Shown: piece by piece, positions 1-8,436 of the stretch | How positions within the stretch are numbered: position 1 is the first letter of the stretch | Layout of the letters: every line of letters starts with the position of its first letter | Assembly (NCBI GenBank): GCA_937951975.1 | Contig: CALGAJ010000053.1 | Coordinates: 1 to 53,442, forward strand | Source: an uncultured Desulfotignum sp. | GTDB taxonomy: Bacteria; Desulfobacterota; Desulfobacteria; Desulfobacterales; Desulfobacteraceae | Direction of reading: 5' to 3' | Length of the DNA: 53,442 nucleotides | Position numbers and translations under genes: made by a program | Notes under the pieces: generated by a model | Databases searched by the model: none | The model's input: only the letters and a program-made list of their open reading frames with translations | What the model was told of the DNA's origin: nothing

Positions 1-5
1 ATTGA

Positions 6-80
6 GCGGGAATAACTCAGTGGTAGAGTGCGACCTTGCCAAGGTCGAAGTCGCGGGTTCAAATCCCGTTTCCCGCTCCA
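6..80 (+). tRNA. tRNA-Gly(GCC)
   Basis: GCGGGAA acceptor stem pairs with TTCCCGC; anticodon arm CGACC-TT-GCC-AA-GGTCG; GGTTCAAATCC T-arm; encoded CCA end. Confidence 0.97.
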
Positions 81-85
81 CACAA

Positions 86-159
86 GGCGGCTTGGCCAAG
101 GGGTAAGGCAACGGCCTGCAAAGCCGATATCCCCGGTTCGAATCCGGGAGCCGCCTCCA
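86..159 (+). tRNA. tRNA-Cys(GCA)
   Basis: GGCGGCT/AGCCGCC acceptor stem; anticodon loop CT-GCA-AA in CGGC/GCCG stem; GGTTCGAATCC; CCA end; classic Gly-Cys tandem. Confidence 0.95.
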
Positions 160-170
160 TAATGAAATCA

Positions 171-202
171 AGGGTTCAGGTGAAAATCTGAGCCCTTTTT
201 TT
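171..202 (+). terminator. intrinsic terminator after the tRNA pair
   Basis: AGGGTTCAGG-tgaaaa-TCTGAGCCCT hairpin followed by a T-run. Confidence 0.8.
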
Positions 203-339
203 ATATTGCTGGAAAATCAATGTCTCACAGGCTTTCTTATTCGTTAAAAACAACGCCAGGCTCAGCCAATGACAACTCATTTTTCATGACTTTTCACAGG
301 TGTCCAGATATCCTGAAGACAGTTGGACGGAAATCTTTC

Positions 340-368
340 TTGATTATATCAATCAATTTAGATATGGT
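340..368 (+). promoter_or_regulatory. sigma70-like promoter overlapped by a 20-bp palindromic operator (SahR-like)
   Basis: TTGATT-N17-TATGGT; ATATCAA-N6-TAGATAT at 346-365 lies between and over the two boxes. Confidence 0.5.
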
Positions 369-430
369 TATTCAGTATGGTTGATTTGACTTTCAACCGG
401 TTTCGTTAATTTTGATGGAGAAGAAAAAAG

Positions 431-823
431 ATGAAAATTCTGGTGGGATACCAGGGCGTGAACGTGGGGAAGGATCTGCTGGAAATTGCATCCAGTCATG
501 CCAGAGCATTTGACGGACAGGTGATCGTGGTGACTTCCATGAAAGGAGGACCCAATACCCACGCCAAAGAAGTAAAAACGGCAGAAGACAATCTGGCGGC
601 AGTTCAGTCGTTTTTTAAAGAAAAAAAGATTCCCTGTGAAACCCACCTGCTGGTCAGAGGCATGGAGCCGGGTGAAGATATTGTGGCATTTGCGAATGAA
701 AACAAAGTGGATGAGATCATCATCGGTGTCCGGAGCCGTTCCAAGGTGGGCAAACTCCTGTTCGGGTCCACATCCCAGGTGGTGATTCTCCAGGCCAGCT
801 GCCCGGTGGTGACGGTCAAATAA
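431..823 (+). CDS. universal stress protein (UspA family)
   Basis: MKILVG start, DEIIIGVRSRSKVGKLLFGSTSQ..ASCPVVTVK USP C-terminal motif; GGAG RBS. Confidence 0.93.
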   Translation: MKILVGYQGVNVGKDLLEIASSHARAFDGQVIVVTSMKGGPNTHAKEVKTAEDNLAAVQSFFKEKKIPCETHLLVRGMEPGEDIVAFANENKVDEIIIGVRSRSKVGKLLFGSTSQVVILQASCPVVTVK

Positions 824-1734
824 TGGAAGTGATTCGCCAGTTCAAGGCCCTGTCCGACCCCACCCGGCTCCGTCTGCTCCACATTCTCAATGAAGTAGAA
901 CTCAATGTCAATGAGATCGTGTCCATTGTGGACATGATCCAGTCCGGGGTTTCAAGACATTTGAAAATCCTGCTGGAATCCGGTCTGCTGGTGGCCAGAA
1001 AAGAAGGCAGTTTCATGTATTACAGTGCCAATGCCGACCCTGAAAACCGGTCTTTGATCCAGCTGGCGTGCTCCCGGATCCAGAACGACCCGGTGTGCGC
1101 TCTGGACATTGAAAAAGCCCGGCAGATCATCATGATCCGTAAAAACAGAACCAAGCGGTTTTTCAGTACGGTGGCCCCCCAGTGGGAAGGTCTGAAAAAG
1201 GAAATCCTGGGCAGTTTCAATTTAAATGCTGTACTGAAACAGCGGATAAATGCACGCCAGGGTGTCGCGGATTTAGGATGCGGCACCGGAGAGCTTCTCG
1301 GCCAGCTGGTCCGGAATCATAAAGGCATGCTCATCGGTGTGGATGCCTCTCCTGAGATGCTGGAACAGGCCCGGATCAAACTGCCGGATATACCATCCAT
1401 TGAACTGCGTCTCGGAGAAGTGGAACATCTGCCCATGAAAGACCAGGAAGTGGATACCGTGGTCATGAGCATGGTGCTGTATCATATTCTTCAGCCGGAA
1501 AAAGCCATCCAGGAGGTATTCCGGGTGCTCAAACCCGGGGGAATGCTGATCCTGGCTGATTTTGAACATCATCATCAGGAACAGATCAAGGAAATCATCG
1601 GCGGTACCTGGCTGGGATTTGAAAAAGACCAGGTGGAGAACTGGCTCACCAAAAGCGGATTTCAACTGCAGTCCACAGAGCGGTTTGCCGTGGAACGGGG
1701 ATTGCATATCCATGTATTTTCCGCTGGAAAATGA
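823..1734 (+). CDS. ArsR-HTH + SAM-dependent methyltransferase fusion regulator (SahR-like)
   Basis: FKALSDPTRLRLL..QSGVSRHLKIL ArsR HTH, then ADLGCGTG class I MTase motif; TAATG overlap with usp. Confidence 0.85.
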   Translation: MEVIRQFKALSDPTRLRLLHILNEVELNVNEIVSIVDMIQSGVSRHLKILLESGLLVARKEGSFMYYSANADPENRSLIQLACSRIQNDPVCALDIEKARQIIMIRKNRTKRFFSTVAPQWEGLKKEILGSFNLNAVLKQRINARQGVADLGCGTGELLGQLVRNHKGMLIGVDASPEMLEQARIKLPDIPSIELRLGEVEHLPMKDQEVDTVVMSMVLYHILQPEKAIQEVFRVLKPGGMLILADFEHHHQEQIKEIIGGTWLGFEKDQVENWLTKSGFQLQSTERFAVERGLHIHVFSAGK

Positions 1735-1762
1735 ATTTCTCATAAAAAATCAAGGAGATATC

Positions 1763-3199
1763 ATGACAGTGCCCGTCATTCTGGCAGGCGGTTCCGGCAC
1801 CAGGCTGTGGCCCCTGTCCAGAGAATTTTATCCCAAGCAGCTCATCAATATGTATAATCAGCATACCATGCTCCAGAATACCGTGCTTCGCCTCAAAGAC
1901 ATGGATGATATGGAAGACCCGTTGATCGTATGCAATGATGTTCACCGGTTCATGACAGCCGAGCAGCTCCACCGGATTCAGGTGGTCCCCCGGGCCATCA
2001 TTCTGGAGCCGGCTGCCAAAAATACGGCCCCGGCCATTGCCCTGGCGGCGATCCATTTGACAGCCCAGAACCAGGATCCGGTGATGCTGGTATTGCCGGC
2101 GGATCATCGGATCGATGATGTGTCCGCGTTTCACCGGGGGATCGAGCAGGGAAAAACCCTGGCGGATGACGGATATCTCATCACTTTCGGAATTGTACCG
2201 GATACGCCGGAAACCGGGTACGGGTATATTCAGAAAGGCTCTTTTCTGGAAGACAATGTCTGCCGGATTCAGCGGTTTGTGGAAAAACCGGATCTGAATA
2301 CGGCCCAATCTTATCTGTCTTCCGGGGATTACTGCTGGAATTCCGGCATGTTCATGTTCAAGGCGTCCACCATTTTAAATGAACTGTCGCTTCTTGCCCC
2401 GGACATGGTAGATACCTGCCGCAGGGCGGTGGCCAGTGGCCGGCAGGATCTGGATTTTTTCCGGGTGGATCAGATGATTTTCGATCAGGTTGACGCGGAT
2501 TCCATTGATTATGCCGTGATGGAAAAAACCGAAAAAGGGGTGATGGTGTCTCTGGATGCGGGTTGGAATGACCTGGGATCGTTTGATGCCTTGTGGAAAA
2601 CCGAAAAAAAAGATGGCCACACCAATGTGATCAAAGGCGATGTGCTGACCCATGATGTGAGCGGGTCTTATATTCATGCCCAGAGCCGTCTGGTCACAGC
2701 GGTGGGCATGGATTCCATGGTGGTGGTGGAAACCCGGGATGCGGTGATGGTTTCGCCCAGAGACCGGGTCCAGGATGTCAAGCAGATCGTGAACCAGCTC
2801 AAAGCCGGGGGCCGCAAAGAGTCAGTCACCCATGCCAAGGTGTACCGGCCCTGGGGAGATTATGAGACCATTGACCAGTCCCACCGGTACCAGGTGAAAC
2901 GGATCACGGTCAAGCCTGGGGCCAAACTGTCACTGCAGAAACATTTTCACCGGGCTGAACACTGGACCGTGGTGTCCGGGACCGCCATCGTCACCCGGGG
3001 AGAGGAAACCCTCATGCTCAAGGAAGATCAGTCCACCTATATTCCTCTGGGAACGGTTCATCGCCTTGAAAATCCCGGAAAGATCCCGCTGGAACTCATC
3101 GAGGTCCAGTCCGGGCCGTATCTGGGAGAGGACGATATTGTCCGGATGGATGATGTGTATGGCAGAGAGCATGAAAAAGAAAAGGTTGCAAATCCCTAA
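1763..3199 (+). CDS. manC: mannose-1-phosphate guanylyltransferase / mannose-6-phosphate isomerase
   Basis: PVILAGGSGTRLWPLSR, FVEKP, WNSGMF, DAGWNDLGS, RPWG cupin domain; AGGAG RBS before ATG 1763. Confidence 0.95.
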   Translation: MTVPVILAGGSGTRLWPLSREFYPKQLINMYNQHTMLQNTVLRLKDMDDMEDPLIVCNDVHRFMTAEQLHRIQVVPRAIILEPAAKNTAPAIALAAIHLTAQNQDPVMLVLPADHRIDDVSAFHRGIEQGKTLADDGYLITFGIVPDTPETGYGYIQKGSFLEDNVCRIQRFVEKPDLNTAQSYLSSGDYCWNSGMFMFKASTILNELSLLAPDMVDTCRRAVASGRQDLDFFRVDQMIFDQVDADSIDYAVMEKTEKGVMVSLDAGWNDLGSFDALWKTEKKDGHTNVIKGDVLTHDVSGSYIHAQSRLVTAVGMDSMVVVETRDAVMVSPRDRVQDVKQIVNQLKAGGRKESVTHAKVYRPWGDYETIDQSHRYQVKRITVKPGAKLSLQKHFHRAEHWTVVSGTAIVTRGEETLMLKEDQSTYIPLGTVHRLENPGKIPLELIEVQSGPYLGEDDIVRMDDVYGREHEKEKVANP

Positions 3200-3279
3200 A
3201 AAATATTTAAAACTGCCGATTTGAACACACATGTGCATGGAAAAAACAGAAAAATTAAACTCAAGTTTGGAGCAGGTCT

Positions 3280-3810
3280 ATGGCTGACATGATTTCTGAA
3301 ACCATGAAAGGTAAATTTCTTCTGGCAATGCCCGGACTCCCGGACCCCAATTTTGCCCAGACGATTACCGGCATGTGCGAACACAATGAATCCGGAGCCC
3401 TGGGATTTATCATCAACAAAATCCATCCACTGCTCACCGGACGTGAACTGTTTGAAGACCTGAACATTACGTTTGACCGCAGTGTGGATAAACTGGACAT
3501 CTACCTGGGAGGACCGGTGCAGCCGTCCGGGGTGTTTGTGCTTCACGGCCCCCCTTTTACCTGGAATGAAACCCTGCAGGTAACGGACTGGCTGGCCTTG
3601 AGCAATTCCCGGGATATTCTGGAAGCCATTGCGGTTCAGAAAGGACCGGCCGATTTCATGATCATGCTGGGATGTGCCGGCTGGGGGCCCATGCAGCTGG
3701 ACAATGAGCTGCATGACAATGCCTGGCTGACCTGCCCCATGACCCGGGAAGTCATGTTTGAAACCAAGTGTGACCTGAAATATGAAAAAGCCATGATGCT
3801 GATTTCCTGA
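3280..3810 (+). CDS. YqgE/AlgH family protein
   Basis: FLLAMPGLPDPNF, CEHNESGALGFIIN, GGPV, LGCAGWGPMQLDNEL..NAWL. Confidence 0.92.
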   Translation: MADMISETMKGKFLLAMPGLPDPNFAQTITGMCEHNESGALGFIINKIHPLLTGRELFEDLNITFDRSVDKLDIYLGGPVQPSGVFVLHGPPFTWNETLQVTDWLALSNSRDILEAIAVQKGPADFMIMLGCAGWGPMQLDNELHDNAWLTCPMTREVMFETKCDLKYEKAMMLIS

Positions 3811-6048
3811 ATGACCACCCCCACTGATACATATTCGCCGGTTACAAGCATTGTTTCCGACATCCTGTCGGTGATCGATACAATGGAATCCGTTCCACCG
3901 CTGGCCGACGACATGCTGGAATCCATTAAAACCCAATGTGGCGAAATTCCTGAACAGATACAGTCCAACCGGATCAAAATCGCCGTGGTGGGGGTGATCA
4001 AATCCGGAAAAAGCACATTGATCAATGCCATGACCGGAAAAGAGGTGGTGAAACGGGGGGCCGGGGTGGTCACGGCAGTTACCACCCGGATCCGTAAAGG
4101 CAAAAAAAACCGGGCCGTGCTGTTTCTCAAATCCTGGGATGATATCAATCAGACCCTGAAAAACGCGCTGGAGATGTTTCCCCAGGAAGACGACGCTCCT
4201 TTGAACGTGAATCCGGAGACCTTTGATTTGCGCCGCAAAAAGGATCAGGATTTCTTAAGACAGGTGTATGGCAAACTGGTTCAGGGATTTCCCGTCACGG
4301 ACCAGGGAATCCGTCCCGAAACCCTGGTGATCCGAAACGCCCTGGACGGATATGACGCCTGCCGGGACCTGGTGGGGGCGGACCGGGAACAGCTGGTTTT
4401 TGAAGGCCGGCAGTTTGCGGATCATAAACAGTTCACCGGCGATGCGGCCAATGCTTTTTATGTGGCGGATGCGTGTCTTGAACTGTTCGGTAAATCTTTG
4501 GATCCCCGGGTTGAACTGGCGGACTGTCAGGGTGCGGACTCGACGGACCCCGGTCAGTTGAGCCGGGTGGTGAGCTATCTTCAGCAGGCCAACCTCATTA
4601 TTTACTGCATCAGCTCCAGAACCGGGCTTCGGCGGTCGGACATGCGGTTTTTAAAGGTCATACAGGGGATGGGACTGCTTGAAAACATCCTGTTTGTGAA
4701 CAACTGCGATTTGTCTGAACATGAAACCCTCGATGACCTGCGGACCAGTGAACAGAACACGATTCAGGAACTTGGGTTATTGCTTGAGTCACCGGAGCTG
4801 TATTCTTTTTCAGCGCTCATGCGTCTGTTTTGCGCCATGGAAAAAAAATTGAGCCGGCGGAACCGTAAACGCCTGGCCCTGTGGCAGGAAGACCCGGCCA
4901 TGACCGCCTGGTGCAATGAAAACGCTGAACGGTTTGATGTACGTCTGTCTGATCTGCTGTCCCGGCGGCATCACCGGCTGCTGGTGTCCAATCATTTGGG
5001 GCGGTTGCTTCATGTGTGCACGGTTCTGGAAAATAAATCCAACCTGTTTCTGGATGGATTGACTGCGACCCGGGATGACCGGGAACAGATTCAAAAAAAG
5101 ATCGCCCGGATAAAAAACAATGTAAAACAGCTTGAATCCATTGTAAAAAATGCCGTTCCGGGTGCTGTGGCCGGTCTGACCCGGGAGATTGAAACCGAGC
5201 TGGATGACGCGTTTGCCAAAGATGCCGGCCGGATTCGGAAAAAGATGGCGGCGTTCGTGGACCGGACGCCCCTGGATACGTCCCTGTACCAGAGCCGGTT
5301 CAAAGAGCTGGGGATCAAAAAAGTGCTGTATCTGATGTTCCAGGATTTCAGAAGAGCCCTGGACCTGTTTGTCATGACCGATATCATGCCGGATATCAGC
5401 ACATTGGCCGCTCACCTGGAAAACAGAATACAATCGTATTTTCAATCCCTTCTGGATACTTACCGGATCGATCTTTCAACAATTTCCCTGGCACCCGGCC
5501 CGGCCAAAGACTTGGATATTCAGCCCCGGGCCGTCTCCGGATCACCGGTGCTGGATCATTTTGTGGATGTTCAGGCCATCAAGAAAATTTTAGGATTGAC
5601 ATTGCCGGACATCACCATGATGCCCCGGTATTCCGGACGGATCCAGAACCAGACCCTGACCGGTCTGGGAGTTATGTTCGTCACAAGATGTTTTCGCGCC
5701 CTGCTTGACAGACACCCGTCTTTTTCATTGAATTCCGGGTTTGACATGGCAGCCCAGCGAATAAAAAAACAGACCCTCCAGGGGATCGAACCCCAGATCG
5801 AGCAGTTTCATCTCCGGTTGAAAAATCAGTATTTCATGCCGTTGATCCGGGCGGTGACCCGGGATGTCACTGATAAAATCCATGAGCGGTTTTCCTTGTA
5901 TCAATCTCTGGACATGGACATGGATGGCGCTGGTGCGGTTGATCAGGCAAAGAAACAGGCCCAGCAGGAAAAAGTGACCGGGATCGTGACGCAGCTTCAA
6001 CAGGTCCGCCAGGATATTTTAGGATTAAAAGAAGCGGATATCCATTAA
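3811..6048 (+). CDS. bacterial dynamin-like GTPase
   Basis: IAVVGVIKSGKSTLINAMTG P-loop, VVTAVTTRI G2, DCQG G3, long helical C-terminal region. Confidence 0.75.
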   Translation: MTTPTDTYSPVTSIVSDILSVIDTMESVPPLADDMLESIKTQCGEIPEQIQSNRIKIAVVGVIKSGKSTLINAMTGKEVVKRGAGVVTAVTTRIRKGKKNRAVLFLKSWDDINQTLKNALEMFPQEDDAPLNVNPETFDLRRKKDQDFLRQVYGKLVQGFPVTDQGIRPETLVIRNALDGYDACRDLVGADREQLVFEGRQFADHKQFTGDAANAFYVADACLELFGKSLDPRVELADCQGADSTDPGQLSRVVSYLQQANLIIYCISSRTGLRRSDMRFLKVIQGMGLLENILFVNNCDLSEHETLDDLRTSEQNTIQELGLLLESPELYSFSALMRLFCAMEKKLSRRNRKRLALWQEDPAMTAWCNENAERFDVRLSDLLSRRHHRLLVSNHLGRLLHVCTVLENKSNLFLDGLTATRDDREQIQKKIARIKNNVKQLESIVKNAVPGAVAGLTREIETELDDAFAKDAGRIRKKMAAFVDRTPLDTSLYQSRFKELGIKKVLYLMFQDFRRALDLFVMTDIMPDISTLAAHLENRIQSYFQSLLDTYRIDLSTISLAPGPAKDLDIQPRAVSGSPVLDHFVDVQAIKKILGLTLPDITMMPRYSGRIQNQTLTGLGVMFVTRCFRALLDRHPSFSLNSGFDMAAQRIKKQTLQGIEPQIEQFHLRLKNQYFMPLIRAVTRDVTDKIHERFSLYQSLDMDMDGAGAVDQAKKQAQQEKVTGIVTQLQQVRQDILGLKEADIH

Positions 6049-6585
6049 TACCCGCTCTGCCAGCTGGTCCGGTGAAAAGGAAATCCTGCGGAACAATTTG
6101 TTTTCCAGTGTCCGGGTCATCTGCCACATGCCGGCAATCCGGTCCTGCAGATCCTGCAGATGGCCATAAGTGTCCTGAATATATTCCAGGCGCCGGGCAA
6201 GGGGCACGATGGTGTCGTGAAGCACCCGTTTGTCCGCATAATTGACGATTTCCTGTTCCGTGACAGGGGCGTTTTCCTCCCAGCCATCCAGGACCACATG
6301 CTGGCGGATGATTTCTCCGATTTCTGGATATCCCAGGGCCCTGAGCAGTTTGCCCCCGGTTTCTGAATGCCGTTCCCCGGTTCTAAAACTGCGGGTTTTG
6401 GTGATGTCGTGGAGCAGGGCTGCGGCCGTGGCCAGATGTATATTCAACAACGGCGCGGTCTGATTCACATGACGGCATAAGCACAGGGTGACATTGCCGA
6501 CCATGATGGAATGATCGATAATATGGTCCATCATTCCCATCTTCCGGATGATCTGAAAGCATTGGTTGTGAGAGGGTATTTTCAT
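6025..6585 (-). CDS. HD-domain metal-dependent phosphohydrolase
   Basis: HIIDHS..AALLHDITK..HSETG..IIRQHV..IVNYADKRV. Confidence 0.88.
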   Translation of the reverse strand: MKIPSHNQCFQIIRKMGMMDHIIDHSIMVGNVTLCLCRHVNQTAPLLNIHLATAAALLHDITKTRSFRTGERHSETGGKLLRALGYPEIGEIIRQHVVLDGWEENAPVTEQEIVNYADKRVLHDTIVPLARRLEYIQDTYGHLQDLQDRIAGMWQMTRTLENKLFRRISFSPDQLAERVLMDIRFF

Positions 6586-6655
6586 AAAATTCTGTTGCAG
6601 TTATACGCGGTATTGATATGATAGAAAAGGTTTTTTTACAATACAGGTGCCTGGT

Positions 6656-7465
6656 ATGTTAGAAAGAATAATTTCCGGCGGCCAGACCGGTGCGGATCAG
6701 GCAGCACTGGATACGGCGCTTAAATACAATATTTCTTACGGCGGATGGATTCCTCAAGGAAGAAAAACCGAAGCCGGTCCCCTGCCGTCACGGTATCGGA
6801 TGTCGGTGATGCCGACATCCGATTACCGGGACCGGACCCTTCAGAATATTCTGGATTCCCAGGGCACAGCCGTTTTGTACCATGGCCGCCTCATGGGAGG
6901 ATCCAGGCTCACCCGGGAACTGGCAAAAATCCAAAACAAACCGTGCATTGCCGTTAATCTGGTCACCCATGATCCGCTTGAGGCCGCTTTGATGCTTCAG
7001 GCATTTGTGAAAGACTGGAATATCGGTGTGTTGAATGTCGCAGGCCCCCGGGCCAGTCATGATCCGGACATTTATATGGATGTCAAAATGGTTCTGGAGA
7101 TTCTGGTGTACCTGCTGTTTCTGGAAAAAGAGATTGACTGGCCCCATGACATGGCTTTGGATGTGGATCCGGTTTTTCCGGATTCCGTGGATGCGGCGGT
7201 CAGCCAGGTCATGGCGGATCTGTCCTTGAAATCAAAAACCGCTGTGGCAAGGCTGGATCCGTCCGATATTCAGATGGTGTATTTCTCCTGGGTGGATGCG
7301 CTGCGGTACCGGCTAGGTCTGGATACCGGAAACACGGCCCTGGTGGATGCATGCCGAAAGGACGCTGATGCGGCTTACTTTACAGTTGAAGATGCGGTCA
7401 TGGCCATTGTCAAAGCGGTGAAATCCGCCTGTGAACAGGTCTGCCGCCTGCGGGTCGTTCAATGA
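6656..7465 (+). CDS. YpsA-like SLOG ('putative molybdenum carrier') protein with C-terminal extension
   Basis: IISGGQTGADQAALD, GGWIPQGR..E.G, RTLQNILDS, LNVAGPRAS; start could also be GTG 6647. Confidence 0.8.
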   Translation: MLERIISGGQTGADQAALDTALKYNISYGGWIPQGRKTEAGPLPSRYRMSVMPTSDYRDRTLQNILDSQGTAVLYHGRLMGGSRLTRELAKIQNKPCIAVNLVTHDPLEAALMLQAFVKDWNIGVLNVAGPRASHDPDIYMDVKMVLEILVYLLFLEKEIDWPHDMALDVDPVFPDSVDAAVSQVMADLSLKSKTAVARLDPSDIQMVYFSWVDALRYRLGLDTGNTALVDACRKDADAAYFTVEDAVMAIVKAVKSACEQVCRLRVVQ

Positions 7466-8436
7466 TACCCATCCGGGACAATCAGGTGTCTGACTGCATT
7501 CCGGTGGTCACGTATGGCTTGATGGGGGCCAATTTACTGGCCTGGCTGTTTCAGATCCAGGCGGGACCGGCCAGTGACACCTTTTATTATTTCTACGGAC
7601 TCGTGCCGGCCAAGTACACGATCCATGAGATGTCCCGGCATTTTTCCGGGGTCAACCATGTTTATTCCCTGTTCACTTATATGTTTCTTCACGGGGGATT
7701 CTGGCATCTGCTGGGAAACATGTGGTCTTTGTATATTTTCGGGGACAATGTGGAAGCCCATTTCGGTTCTTTGCGGTTTTTGGGGTTTTACATGTTGTGC
7801 GGCCTGATTTCCGGGGCATTTCATTTTTTGCTCAATCCGTTTTCCATGGTCCCCACCATCGGTGCCAGCGGTGCCATTGCCGGTGTCATGGGGGCATATT
7901 TCATGCTGTACCCCAGGGCCAGAATCCTGACACTGATCCCCATCATCATCATTCCCTGGTTTGTTGAAATTCCGGCATTCATTTTTCTGGGATTCTGGTT
8001 TCTGATTCAGTTTCTGAACGCTGCCGGTGAAGGTGCCGGGGCCGGGATCGCCTGGTGGGCGCATATCGGCGGATTCATCGCCGGTCTGGTGCTGGTGAAA
8101 CTCAACCGGCATGTTCCCGGAACCGGGGCCCGGCAGAAAATTCAACAGTTCACCCGAAAACAGCACACCCCGAAACTTCAGACCATACTGGCCACGCCTG
8201 CTGCGGACGAATCAGATCTGTACGGCACCATCGAGGTGTCATCGCTGGAAGCGCTGACCGGCACAAAAAAAATGATCACCATCCCCTGGGGGTTTTCCAA
8301 ACCCTTGTACCGGGTCTCCATTCCTCCCGGGGTCAAAGAGGGAAACCGGCTGCGCCTGGCCGGTATGGGGCGGTCCTTGCCCGGAAAGCCCAAAGGAGAT
8401 ATGTTTTTGACCATACGGATTAAAAATGCGATTTAA
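7462..8436 (+). CDS. rhomboid intramembrane serine protease fused to a DnaJ C-terminal-like domain
   Basis: MFLHGGFWHLLGNM, IGASGAIAGV, WWAHIGGF; tail DLYGTIEVSSLEALTG..IPPGVKEGNRLRLAGMG..KGDMFLTI. Confidence 0.88.
   Translation: MIPIRDNQVSDCIPVVTYGLMGANLLAWLFQIQAGPASDTFYYFYGLVPAKYTIHEMSRHFSGVNHVYSLFTYMFLHGGFWHLLGNMWSLYIFGDNVEAHFGSLRFLGFYMLCGLISGAFHFLLNPFSMVPTIGASGAIAGVMGAYFMLYPRARILTLIPIIIIPWFVEIPAFIFLGFWFLIQFLNAAGEGAGAGIAWWAHIGGFIAGLVLVKLNRHVPGTGARQKIQQFTRKQHTPKLQTILATPAADESDLYGTIEVSSLEALTGTKKMITIPWGFSKPLYRVSIPPGVKEGNRLRLAGMGRSLPGKPKGDMFLTIRIKNAI

Noticed and set aside
1562-1762. N-terminal extension of manC in the ORF track
   Set aside because: Overlaps the sahR-like gene; the RBS and family start point to ATG 1763. 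Similar over-extended starts were trimmed for paaK, crotonase, pgeF, the Mo-enzyme and ydbL
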